A stretch of DNA of 32,000 nucleotides from Haloferax volcanii DS2 (lineage in GTDB: Archaea > Halobacteriota > Halobacteria > Halobacteriales > Haloferacaceae): contig NC_013967.1 of NCBI RefSeq assembly GCF_000025685.1, positions 930,001-962,000 on the forward strand, read 5' to 3'. Position 1 is the first letter of the stretch. Every line of letters starts with the position of its first letter. The notes below the pieces were generated by a model. The model ran no database searches, was not told where the DNA came from, and saw only the letters and a program-made list of their open reading frames with translations. The position numbers and the translations under genes were made by a program. Shown here one piece after another: positions 1-8,111 of the stretch.

Positions 1-880
1 CGACGAGCATCTCGACGCCCTCCTCGGCGGCCATCTTCCCGATGGCCTTGATGACGCCCTTGTCGCGGCGCTTGGCCTGCCCCTCGATGGTCTCGTAGGC
101 GCGGTCGTCGTTCATCCGCGTGAACGCCTCGATGCAGTACTCCTGCATGAAGTCGGACTGGAAGCTCTCGAACGCGAGCGCAATCATCTCGACGTTGCCG
201 CGCTTTTCGTGTTCCTTCAGCGCCGACAGCTCCGGCGGGAAGTCCTTGTAGTGGCCGAGCACGTCGTAGAAGCCCTGCACTTGGAGCTTCTCGCGGGTCT
301 CGAGGTCGTCCCACTCCTGGGCGTCGTCGAGACCGTCCGCGAGGCCGTCGGTGACTTCGATGAGGTCCGCGATGGTCTCTGCGTCGTCGTCGGCGTCAAG
401 GTCGGCCGCTTCGATGGCCGAGACGGCGTCGTCGATGGCGGCGGTGAGCGCGTCTTCGTCGTCACCGTCGACCGAGACGCTCGCGTCGAGCACGCCGTTG
501 AACTCGTCGGCGAACGTCTCGACCGCGGCGACGATTTCGCCGTCGCCCTGCTCGGTCCACCGAGTGTCCGTAATCGTGGACTTCGCTTCTTCGAGCGTCT
601 CGACGGCGTCGTCGGCGTAGGGACCGCGCTGGGATTCGAGGTCGTCGCGCAGGTCGGACAGGCGCGATTCGAGCTCCTCGGCGGGGTCGTCTTCGTCTTC
701 GTCGTCCGGTTCGGGCAGGTCCGCGGCCTCCACGTCGGCCTCGATGTCGTCGAGCGTGGCCTCGACCTCGTCGAGGTCGGCTTCGGTCTCGGCCGCGTCG
801 AGAGCCTCCTCGGCCTCGGTCAGGCGCTCGTCGAAGCTCTCGGGCGAGAGTTCTGTCGTATCGTCGTCCCCGTCACTCAT
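1..880 (-). CDS. Acidic hypothetical protein, N-terminal part of the gene (open at the window edge); distal part has HEAT/PBS-lyase-like repeat character
   Basis: Hand translation of the minus strand from ATG at 880-878 (MSDGDDDTTELSPESFDERLTEAEEALD...) runs without a stop to position 1. Composition is very Asp/Glu-rich. The last visible residues (...RRDKGVIKAIGKMAAEEGVEMLV) resemble HEAT-like repeats. It is missing from the ORF track because it is open-ended. Confidence 0.75.
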   Translation of the reverse strand, partial: MSDGDDDTTELSPESFDERLTEAEEALDAAETEADLDEVEATLDDIEADVEAADLPEPDDEDEDDPAEELESRLSDLRDDLESQRGPYADDAVETLEEAKSTITDTRWTEQGDGEIVAAVETFADEFNGVLDASVSVDGDDEDALTAAIDDAVSAIEAADLDADDDAETIADLIEVTDGLADGLDDAQEWDDLETREKLQVQGFYDVLGHYKDFPPELSALKEHEKRGNVEMIALAFESFQSDFMQEYCIEAFTRMNDDRAYETIEGQAKRRDKGVIKAIGKMAAEEGVEMLV

Positions 881-998
881 ATGCCGGAAGTCCGTTCGAC
901 TGTAAAAAGAGCGTTTCCCTTCGCTCCGCGTCTCGGGCCGGGACCGACCGCCGATTCCATTCGGGTCACTTTTTCGCGACCCGTCCGTTCCTCCGAGC

Positions 999-1763
999 GT
1001 GACCGGTCCCACTATCGCCGTCCCGCAGCGCGCCGCGTTCGACCTCGACCCGGCGCGAAACGAGGCGGACGTGCGCGCCCGCGCCGCCGACCTCCCCGAG
1101 TCGATCGATATCGCGCTGTTCTCCGAGTACGCGCTCACGGGCTTCGTCGCGGACAGCCGCGCCTTCAGCGGCGCGATACCTCGGGAGCGCGCGACCGACT
1201 TCCTCGCCTCCGTCGCCGCGGAAAACGGCTTCGACGTACTGGCGGGCTACCTCGAACGCGACGGCGAGACGCTCCACAACGCGGCCGCCTACGTCCGGTC
1301 CGACGGTTCGGCGACCGTCTACCGCAAGCGACACCTCTGGGGCGACGAGGCCGACATCGTCACTCCGGGCGACGAACTCGTCGTCGCGGACACGCCCGCC
1401 GGCCGGACGGGAATCCTCACCTGTTACGACCTGAACTTCGTCCGCGACAGCGCTGCGCTGACCGACGAGCGAGTCGACGCCCTGTTCGTCGTCGGCGCGT
1501 GGCCCGACGCCCACTCGGCGAACTGGCGACTGCTCTGTCGCGCCCGCGCCCTCGACGGGGTTCGCTGGCTCGTCGGCGCGAACCGGACGGGGAGCGGGTC
1601 GATTTCGGGAACCGCGGGTTCGGAGTACGCGGGTCGCTCGCTCGTCGTCAGGCCCGACGGCGTGGTCGCAGCCGCGCTGAACCGCGGCGAGCGCGACCTC
1701 GTGTGGACGCTCGACCGCGACCTCTTGGCCGAACAGCGCGCGTTCGTCGGCTCGGTCGAGTAG
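999..1763 (+). CDS. Carbon-nitrogen hydrolase (nitrilase superfamily)
   Basis: 254-aa ORF with a GTG start. The nitrilase-superfamily Glu-Lys-Cys signature can be read as ...LFSEYALTG..., ...YRKRHLWG... and ...ILTCYDLNF... Confidence 0.85.
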   Translation: MTGPTIAVPQRAAFDLDPARNEADVRARAADLPESIDIALFSEYALTGFVADSRAFSGAIPRERATDFLASVAAENGFDVLAGYLERDGETLHNAAAYVRSDGSATVYRKRHLWGDEADIVTPGDELVVADTPAGRTGILTCYDLNFVRDSAALTDERVDALFVVGAWPDAHSANWRLLCRARALDGVRWLVGANRTGSGSISGTAGSEYAGRSLVVRPDGVVAAALNRGERDLVWTLDRDLLAEQRAFVGSVE

Positions 1764-1826
1764 CCGAAACCGGACTGCATCACCGGAATCGAGGGGGGTT
1801 TTTCCGACCGCGCCCAATCGGGGGCG

Positions 1827-2915
1827 ATGACGGACTCGCTCTTTACGCCGCTTTCGCTCCGCGAGACGGAGGTTCGAAACCGAATCATGGTCTCGCCGAT
1901 GTGTCAGTACTCCTCGACCGACGGGTTCGCCGACGACTGGCATCTCGTCCACCTCGGCAGCCGCGCCGTCGGCGGCGCGGGCATCGTGATGTCCGAGGCG
2001 ACGGCCGTCTCCCCCGAGGGGCGCATCACGCCGAACGACCTCGGCATCTGGTCGGACGACCACGTCGAGAAGCTCAGCCAGATAACCTCGTTCGTCTCGT
2101 CGATGGGGAGCACGCCGGCCATCCAACTCGCCCACGCGGGCCGGAAGGCGAGCAAGACCCGTCCGTGGGAGGGGAGCGAGCCGGTCGCGCCCGACGACGG
2201 CGGATGGACGACCGTCGCCCCGAGCGACGCGCCGTGGCCCTACGAGGGCGAGGCTCCGCCGACCCGAAAGCTCTCGGCCGACGGTATCGAAGGCGTCGTC
2301 GACGACTTCCGCGCGGCGGCCGAGCGCGCGCTCGACGCGGGCTTCGAAATCGCCGAGGTCCACGCGGCCCACGGCTACCTCCTCCACGAGTTCCTCTCGC
2401 CGGTGACGAACCACCGCGACGACGAGTACGGCGGCTCGTTCGAAAACCGGACGCGACTCCTCCGCGAGGTCACGGACGCGGTCCGCGGGGTCTGGCCCGA
2501 CGACAAGCCCGTGTTCGTCCGCATCTCCGCGACCGACTGGCTGGACGACCGCGAGTCGTGGGACATCGAGCAGTCGATTCGCCTCGCGGCCGACCTCGAC
2601 GACCTCGGCGTCGACCTCGTCGACGTGAGCGCCGGCGGCATCCACCCCGACCAGCGGATTCCGAACACCGGCCCCGGCTATCAGATTCCCTTCGCGGAGG
2701 TCATTCGCGAGGAGACCGACGCGATGGTCGGCGCGGTCGGCGGCATCCGAACCGCGCGCCACGCCGACGAGGTCGTCAGAAACGGGCGGGCCGACCTCGC
2801 CATCGTCGGCCGCGAGCATCTCTACGACCCGTACTTCGCGCTCCACGCCGCGGACGACCTCGACGCCGACGCGGAGTGGCCGCCGCAGTACCAGCGCGCC
2901 GTCCCGCGGCGGTAG
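1827..2915 (+). CDS. NADH:flavin oxidoreductase, Old Yellow Enzyme family (YqjM/NamA-like)
   Basis: 362-aa ORF. The N-terminus LFTPLSLRETEVRNRIMVSPMCQYSS and later ...HAAHGYLLHEFLSP... are typical OYE/YqjM motifs. Confidence 0.9.
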   Translation: MTDSLFTPLSLRETEVRNRIMVSPMCQYSSTDGFADDWHLVHLGSRAVGGAGIVMSEATAVSPEGRITPNDLGIWSDDHVEKLSQITSFVSSMGSTPAIQLAHAGRKASKTRPWEGSEPVAPDDGGWTTVAPSDAPWPYEGEAPPTRKLSADGIEGVVDDFRAAAERALDAGFEIAEVHAAHGYLLHEFLSPVTNHRDDEYGGSFENRTRLLREVTDAVRGVWPDDKPVFVRISATDWLDDRESWDIEQSIRLAADLDDLGVDLVDVSAGGIHPDQRIPNTGPGYQIPFAEVIREETDAMVGAVGGIRTARHADEVVRNGRADLAIVGREHLYDPYFALHAADDLDADAEWPPQYQRAVPRR

Positions 2916-2926
2916 CGACGGCGGTA

Positions 2927-2987
2927 CCCTCGAAACGCACCCCGCGTTCGCCCCTCGAAACGCACCCCGCGTTCGCCCCTCGAACGC
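2927..2987. repeat. 25-bp tandem repeat (2 perfect copies plus an 11-bp partial third)
   Basis: CCCTCGAAACGCACCCCGCGTTCGC occurs at 2927-2951 and again at 2952-2976, followed by CCCTCGAACGC. Each unit holds an imperfect inverted repeat (CGAAACGC / GCGTTCG). It sits between the OYE stop and the next gene. Confidence 0.9.
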
Positions 2988-3016
2988 TTATCCCCGCGGC
3001 GACCCAACCGTGGGCC

Positions 3017-3832
3017 ATGAGCGACCGACGACGCGACGACGACATCCTCGACGTACTCGACGAACTCGGGGACACGCTCGACGAACTCGGCGCGGAACTC
3101 CGCGAGGAGCGCGACCGCAACCGCGGCCGTGCCCGCGACCGACGCGTCACCGGCGACGACCGATTTCGCCCCCCGCGCCCGCCGACGTTCGGTGAGGTAC
3201 TGCGGTTCACCGAGTCGTACACCATCCCGACAGTCATCGCCGTCCTCGAAGCGACCATCGCCTCCCTCGAACTGCTCCGCCGCCTCATGCGGCTTTCCGA
3301 CCCCGGCCGCGCGATGGACGACGCCCGAACCGAGACGGAGGCACGGATGCGAAACGTCCCGAAGAGCGCCGTCTCCGGCGTCGACCGGGCCCTCGATGAA
3401 CTCAGAAACGCGCTCTCGGAGGCCGACCTGCCCTCGAACCCCGAGGCGCGCGACGTGATGGACCGCGCCCGCTCGCTGGCCGACGAACTCGACGCGCGAC
3501 TCAGCGAGGCCGAACGCGAGCGAACCGCCCGCGAGCGTCGCTGGCGCGAGGACGAACGCACGTTCGAATCCGAGTGGCAACGGCGCGACGACGCCCGGCC
3601 CTCCGGTGACGGGACCCGAGCCTCACGCGACGCCGAGCCGGTCGGGACCGGGCCGGTCCGCATCGACGTGACCGAGGAAGCCGGCCCGGACGGCGGCGAC
3701 GACGGGAGCGGGAGCGACGAGCCGACTGTCGATGTCGACGCCGAACTGGAGTCGATTAAGCGCGAAGTGAACGGCGACGACGGGGACGACGGAACCGACG
3801 CCGGCGCGGGCGACGAGCCGAGCGACCGCTGA
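3017..3832 (+). CDS. Acidic hypothetical protein (coiled-coil-like, Arg/Glu/Asp-rich)
   Basis: This is the terminal part of the 209..3832 frame. ATG at 3017 (MSDRRRDDDILDVLDELGDTLDEL...) follows a TATA-like GCTTATCC about 27 nt upstream. The upstream part of the long frame is an Arg-rich artefact overlapping real genes. Confidence 0.7.
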   Translation: MSDRRRDDDILDVLDELGDTLDELGAELREERDRNRGRARDRRVTGDDRFRPPRPPTFGEVLRFTESYTIPTVIAVLEATIASLELLRRLMRLSDPGRAMDDARTETEARMRNVPKSAVSGVDRALDELRNALSEADLPSNPEARDVMDRARSLADELDARLSEAERERTARERRWREDERTFESEWQRRDDARPSGDGTRASRDAEPVGTGPVRIDVTEEAGPDGGDDGSGSDEPTVDVDAELESIKREVNGDDGDDGTDAGAGDEPSDR

Positions 3833-3867
3833 GCGGCGACTCCATGCGCCAGCGGCCCAGACGCGAG

Positions 3868-3874
3868 AAAAAAA
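3868..3874 (-). terminator. Oligo-T tract (T7 in minus sense) downstream of the thiolase/DUF35 operon
   Basis: GAGAAAAAAAGAC on plus reads GTCTTTTTTTCTC on minus, about 20 nt after the DUF35 stop. Oligo-T tracts are the usual archaeal termination signal. Confidence 0.5.
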
Positions 3875-3892
3875 GACTCTCGACGCGCCCGC

Positions 3893-4270
3893 TCAGACCG
3901 GCTCGAAGCGGTAGCCGTCCCACTCCTGACTCGCGGGCTCGCGGATGCCCGCGCCGGGTTCGCGGAGTTCCTCGCAGTAGACCGGGCGGACCTCGTCGCC
4001 GATGTCGACGTCGTCCTCGCCGGTGACCTGTCCGATGGCGCGGACGGGCTCGCCGTCCACGTCGAACTCGACGATGGCGAGCGTGTTGGGCTGGCGGACG
4101 CCCGGCGGCGTCGCCGTCGAGTTCGTCCACGTCAGCACCGTCGCCGTGTAGTCGCTGAGGTCGACCGTGCCGACCGGCTCCTCGCCGCCCGGACCGACCG
4201 GGTGGCCGGGGTAGGTGATGCTCCCGTCGGGGTAGCGGTACGCCTCCATCGCGGGTTCGTCGTCGGACAT
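3893..4270 (-). CDS. DUF35 OB-fold protein (thiolase-associated; Zn-ribbon cysteines absent)
   Basis: Start taken at internal ATG 4270-4268 (MSDDEPAMEAYRYPDGSITYPGHP...), which overlaps the thiolase TAA by 1 nt (TAATG). The C-terminal OB-fold pattern ...LAIVEFDVDGEPVRAIGQVTGEDDVDIGDEVRPVY... is typical of DUF35 partners of thiolases. Confidence 0.8.
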   Translation of the reverse strand: MSDDEPAMEAYRYPDGSITYPGHPVGPGGEEPVGTVDLSDYTATVLTWTNSTATPPGVRQPNTLAIVEFDVDGEPVRAIGQVTGEDDVDIGDEVRPVYCEELREPGAGIREPASQEWDGYRFEPV

Positions 4271-5421
4271 TATCGGGACTCCATGATGGTCGTGGTCACG
4301 CAGTTGCCGAAGCCACCGACGTTGCACGCGAGGCCCACGTCGGCGTCGACCTGCCGCTCGCCTGCGTCACCGCTGAGCTGTTTGTAAATCTCGTACACCT
4401 GCGCGACGCCCGAAGCGCCGAGGGGGTGACCCTTCGACTTCAGGCCGCCGGACGTGTTGATTGGGAGGTCGCCGTCGCGGTCGGTGACGCCCTCCTCGAC
4501 GGCCTTCCAGCCCTCGCCCTTCTCGAAGAAGCCGAGGTCCTCCGACTGGAGGAATTCGAGGATGGTGAACATATCGTGGAGCTCCGCCACCTCGATGTCG
4601 TCGGGTTCGAGGTCGGCCATCTCGTAGGCGATTTCCGAGGAGTTGACGACGCCGCCCATCGTGGTCGGGTCGGCGCGCTCGTGGACGACGTGGGTGTCCG
4701 TCGCGCCGCCGATGCCGGAGATGACGGCGTAATCGTCGGTGTACTCGCGGGCGACCGACTCGGGGCAGAAGACGAGCGCCGCCGAGCCGTCGGTGATGGG
4801 ACAGAAGTCGTAGAGGCGAAGCGGATCGGCGACGACCGGCGAGTCGAGGACGGTGTCGAGGTCGACTTCCTTGCGGAACTGGGCGTGGGGGTTGTCGACG
4901 CCGTTTTTGTGGTTCTTGACGGCGACCTTCCCGAGGGACTCCCGCGGGGCGTCGTAGGTGTCGAGGTAGAGCCGGGCGGTCAGCCCCGCGAAGGAGGGGA
5001 GCGTGACGCCGTGTTTGTACTCCACCGGGTGCGTCAGCGAGGCGATGACGTCCGTCGATTCGGCGGTCGAGCGGTGGGTCATCTTCTCGCCGCCGACGAG
5101 CATCGTCATGTCGGACGCGCCGGAGGCGACAGACTGCCACGCGGCGTAGACGCCCGCCCCGCCGGACGAGGAGGTCTGGTCGATTCGGGCGGTGTAGGCG
5201 GGCATCGCCGCGAGGTCGTGGGCGAGGGCGTTCGGGACGCCCGTCTGGCCCTCGAACTCGCCGCTCGCCATGTTCGAGACGTAGAGGTGCTCGATTTCGT
5301 CGGGCGAGACGTCGGCGTCCGCGAGCGCGGCCTGTCCCGCCTCCGCGAGCAGTTCGCGAATCCACGCGTCTCGCTGCCCGAACTGGGTCATCGATGCACC
5401 GATAATCGCTACGCGGTCCAT
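4270..5421 (-). CDS. Thiolase-family protein (acetyl-CoA C-acetyltransferase-like, archaeal type)
   Basis: 383-aa ORF MDRVAIIGASMTQFGQR... with ...SSSGGAGVY..., ...CPITDGSAALV... and a C-terminal ...GLACNVGGFGNC... The TATA-like TTTTAAAT (5444-5451, minus sense) is about 27 nt upstream of the ATG. Confidence 0.9.
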   Translation of the reverse strand: MDRVAIIGASMTQFGQRDAWIRELLAEAGQAALADADVSPDEIEHLYVSNMASGEFEGQTGVPNALAHDLAAMPAYTARIDQTSSSGGAGVYAAWQSVASGASDMTMLVGGEKMTHRSTAESTDVIASLTHPVEYKHGVTLPSFAGLTARLYLDTYDAPRESLGKVAVKNHKNGVDNPHAQFRKEVDLDTVLDSPVVADPLRLYDFCPITDGSAALVFCPESVAREYTDDYAVISGIGGATDTHVVHERADPTTMGGVVNSSEIAYEMADLEPDDIEVAELHDMFTILEFLQSEDLGFFEKGEGWKAVEEGVTDRDGDLPINTSGGLKSKGHPLGASGVAQVYEIYKQLSGDAGERQVDADVGLACNVGGFGNCVTTTIMESR

Positions 5422-5514
5422 ACGCGCACGTCGTCGCAGCGCGATTTAAAACCGGGTAATCCCTCGCCGGCACGTCTCAAACCGTTTATCAGTCGGTCGC
5501 CCGAACGACCGGCC
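5422..5514. promoter_or_regulatory. Divergent promoter region with two TATA-like boxes
   Basis: GATTTAAAA (5443-5451) lies about 27 nt from the minus-strand thiolase ATG. GTTTATC (5484-5490) lies about 28 nt from the plus-strand ATG at 5515. The spacing fits leaderless haloarchaeal transcripts. Confidence 0.45.
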
Positions 5515-5928
5515 ATGGACGCCGAACGCCTCGCGCCGACCGTCGGAATCGTCGGCGCGCTGCTCCTCGCAATCGCCGTCGCGATTCCCGCCGTCACCGT
5601 CGAGGGCGGGGACGGACAGGTGGCCGCCTACTACGCCGCGGGCCCGGTCGGCATCTCGTTCGTCGGAATGCTCGCGCTCCTCGAAACCGTCGTCTTCCTC
5701 TCGGGCAGACAGGAGCGGACCGACCCGGCGACGGCCGCCGGCCTCGCCTTCGTCCTCTCGCTTTCGATGCTCGGCATCGCCGCGCTGTGGTCGTTTTCCA
5801 TCGACCAGACGCTCCTGTTCAGCTTCGACCAGCAGTACTCGTGGCTCACCTACCACCGCTGGTCCGTCGTGGCCGCCGCGTTCGTCACGTTCGTCGGCGG
5901 CGCGTGGTACGCCCGCGGCGTGTTGTGA
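5515..5928 (+). CDS. Small integral membrane protein (about 4 TM helices), hypothetical
   Basis: In-frame ATG at 5515 within the long 4426..5928 frame. MDAERLAPTVGIVGALLLAIAVAIPAV... contains four hydrophobic stretches. The upstream part of the frame is antisense to the thiolase gene. Confidence 0.7.
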   Translation: MDAERLAPTVGIVGALLLAIAVAIPAVTVEGGDGQVAAYYAAGPVGISFVGMLALLETVVFLSGRQERTDPATAAGLAFVLSLSMLGIAALWSFSIDQTLLFSFDQQYSWLTYHRWSVVAAAFVTFVGGAWYARGVL

Positions 5929-6060
5929 GCCGGGAGCGACCGACCGGAACCGGCGACTCGCGGAGCCGACGCGTCGAACCACCCCGACGGTGTCCCCCGA
6001 TTTTCCCGCACCCGAGTCGAAAGGCCCTTAACAGTCGGTGGATAATAAGGGAGTGGACTA

Positions 6061-6392
6061 GGTCGGGCAGTTAGGCCCTGCTCTTCACCCGCGAAATAGG
6101 TCTTTAGCGGGGACCGAACACGGGCGCGTCCGGTCAGACCGGCGCGGGCCCCGGAAGCCAACGTAGAAACCTCGTCCTTCGGGGACAGCGGTTCCGCGTA
6201 CCCCTTCCGCAGGGAAGGGTTCGCGCGGTTTATCGGTGGTACCCCGCCAGGCGCGGAAGCGAGCAGCGGACCATCGGACGTGCGTCGCTCGAGGGATCGC
6301 GGGGTGGAGGAGGCAACCGGGATTCCCCACGTCGGAACGCCGGGCAACCTCGCTGTCCACCCATTCATACCTCATGCAGTTACTCCCCGACC
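6061..6392 (+). ncRNA. ffs: Signal recognition particle RNA (archaeal 7S/SRP RNA); ends approximate (about +/-30 nt)
   Basis: Helix-8 signature at 6245-6268: CCGC-CAGG-CGC-GGAA-GCG-AGCA-GCGG (GNRA tetraloop plus the conserved symmetric loop). Helix-6-like CCTTCC-GCAG-GGAAGG at 6203-6218. GGACAGCG (6183-6190) pairs with CGCTGTCC (6351-6358) as helix 5. The 5' GGTCGGGCAGT (6061-6071) pairs with ACTCCCCGACC (6382-6392). GGCCC (6074-6078) pairs with GGGCC (6146-6150), enclosing two Alu-domain hairpins. The region has only short, implausible ORFs. Confidence 0.8.
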
Positions 6393-6538
6393 GCCCGGTC
6401 TCTCGGTCGTAGACTCGCCGTCGGCCCTCGAAGCCGCGGTCTGGCGTCGTTACCGACCTCGTGAGCGACTGCAAACAGTAGACACTCGCGACCGTAAAAG
6501 ACCGCACAAGGGGTCCGGTTCCCCGGGGGAGACGCGTA

Positions 6539-6811
6539 CTATCTACTCTCGGCTTCCGTCTCGGTCGCGTCGGCGTCGTCCGCCTCGGCCTCGTCTCCGT
6601 TCTCGCCTTCGTCGTCGCCCCCCTCCGCGCCCTTCTTCAGTTCCTCTTCGATTTCCTCGCGGCCGCGACGGAACTCGCCCATCGCCTGCCCCGACGACCG
6701 GGCCAGTTGGGGGAGTTTGTTCGCACCGAACAGGAGGACGACGATGAGCAGGACGATGAGCAGTTCTGGGCCGCCCGGCAGTCCGGGGAACAGCGGAATG
6801 GAATCCAGCAT
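6539..6811 (-). CDS. tatA: Twin-arginine translocase subunit TatA/E
   Basis: 90-aa ORF MLDSIPLFPGLPGGPELLIVLLIVVLLFGANKLPQLARSSGQAMGEFRRG..., showing the canonical TatA TM helix, FG(A/P)xKLP and an amphipathic helix, followed by an acidic tail. Confidence 0.92.
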   Translation of the reverse strand: MLDSIPLFPGLPGGPELLIVLLIVVLLFGANKLPQLARSSGQAMGEFRRGREEIEEELKKGAEGGDDEGENGDEAEADDADATETEAESR

Positions 6812-6979
6812 TACGTTCGGTTACGTTCGGAGGGAAGATAAGAGAGACGGTCCGTGTCGGCGTCTCGAAGTCGCCGTAGTCCGCGTGTTTCGGCACTCGT
6901 GGGCGTTCACACGACAGGACGCGGGCGGGCGGAGCCGACCGCGTCGGCCAACCGAACCGGCCCCGCGTCGCTCCCGCAG

Positions 6980-7750
6980 TCACCGCCAACTGGTCCAGCC
7001 GCCGTCGACGACGATGGACTCGCCGGTGACGTACTTCGAGAGGTCGCTGGCGAGGAACACCGCCACGCCGGCCACGTCGTCCGGTTCGCCCTGCCGGCCG
7101 AGCGGAATCATGGCGGTCAACTGTGCGGTCTGTTCCTCGCCCGTCTCCTCGGCCCCCTCGGGGCCGATTTTCGTCCTGATAGCGCCGGGGTGAATCGCGT
7201 TCACCCGGACGCCGTCGCCGCCGAGACCGTGGGCGAGCGAGTACGAGAGCGTCCGAACGGCCCCCTTCGACGCGCTGTACGACGGGTAGTTGCCGTTGCC
7301 GAAGATGCCGTTGACGCTGGAGACGTTGATGATGCTTCCGCCGCCGGATTCGACCATCCGTTTCGCGGCCGCCTGCGCCCCGAAATACACGCCTTTCAGG
7401 TTGATGTCCATCATCTGTTGGAACTCGGCTTCGGTGACTTCGAGGAACTCCTCTGGCCGCCAGATACCGGCGTTGTTCACCACCACGTCCCCGCCGCCGA
7501 ACGCCTCGGCGGCGTCCATCGCCGCCTCGAACGCGGCCGGGTCGGTCACGTCGAGTTCGACGTACGTCGCCGACGAGTCGGTGTCCGACTCGATTTGTTC
7601 GTGGGTGGGCGCGCCGCCTTCTTTCGCCTCTTCGCGGATGTCGCAGACCACCACGTCCGCGCCCGCCTCGGCGTAGGCCAACGCGATTCCCCGTCCGATA
7701 CCCGAACTACCGCCGGTGACGACCGCGACGCGGCCGTCGAGCAGACTCAT
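6980..7750 (-). CDS. SDR-family oxidoreductase (short-chain dehydrogenase/reductase)
   Basis: 256-aa ORF with the cofactor motif VVTGGSSGIGRGIA, NNAG, and the catalytic Y-x3-K in ...YSASKGAV... Confidence 0.9.
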   Translation of the reverse strand: MSLLDGRVAVVTGGSSGIGRGIALAYAEAGADVVVCDIREEAKEGGAPTHEQIESDTDSSATYVELDVTDPAAFEAAMDAAEAFGGGDVVVNNAGIWRPEEFLEVTEAEFQQMMDINLKGVYFGAQAAAKRMVESGGGSIINVSSVNGIFGNGNYPSYSASKGAVRTLSYSLAHGLGGDGVRVNAIHPGAIRTKIGPEGAEETGEEQTAQLTAMIPLGRQGEPDDVAGVAVFLASDLSKYVTGESIVVDGGWTSWR

Positions 7751-7863
7751 CTGTAATACACCTCACGCGAATGTCGGCGGAATGATAGTTAAGAATAGCC
7801 ACCGATTCCGACGGTGTGAGTGCCGCTGAGTGCTCTCCGCGGCGAGCAGCGATTCGGAGAAGA

Positions 7864-7934
7864 TGCACCGGCTGGGAATCGAACCCAGATAATTGGCTTG
7901 GAAGGCCAATGTCTTACCATTAGACCACCGGTGC
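7864..7934 (-). tRNA. tRNA-Gly: tRNA-Gly (anticodon UCC)
   Basis: The reverse complement GCACCGGTGGTCTAATGGTAAGACATTGGCCTTCCAAGCCAATTATCTGGGTTCGATTCCCAGCCGGTGCA folds as a cloverleaf. The acceptor is GCACCGG/CCGGTGC, the anticodon arm is TTGGC-CTTCCAA-GCCAA (UCC), and the T arm is CTGGG-TTCGATT-CCCAG. No CCA is encoded. Confidence 0.95.
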
Positions 7935-8111
7935 TCATTTTATTCGCACCGTGCATCGACGGACTCCGTCCGTCTCAACACCGGTGCACTCGATCGTCCC
8001 TCACTCGTGCACCGAGCCTTGGACTCGTTTCACCCGTCCAAGACACCGGTGCCCGCGTGTGGTATCTATTTCCTCATTCTCGACGCCCCAATAAGGATGT
8101 TACCTTTTCGG

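Noticed and set aside
966-2846. 626-aa minus-strand ORF antisense to the nitrilase-family and OYE genes
   Set aside because: It lies antisense to two genes with clear family motifs. Its composition is Arg/Val/Gly-rich with no motifs.
209-3832. 1207-aa ORF, the longest in the track
   Set aside because: It is extremely Arg/Pro/Gly-rich with no recognisable domain, and it overlaps well-supported genes (nitrilase-family, OYE) in other frames. This is a typical high-GC stop-free artefact. Only its last 816 nt (from ATG 3017) look like a real gene.
6061-6392. Considered RNase P RNA as the identity of this ORF-poor structured region
   Set aside because: I could not find the RNase P conserved regions (GGAAAGTCC-type CR-I, ACAGAA...GGCTTA CR-V) on either strand. 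The SRP helix-8 motif (CAGG...GGAA...AGCA) and helix-6 GNAR hairpin are both present on the plus strand.
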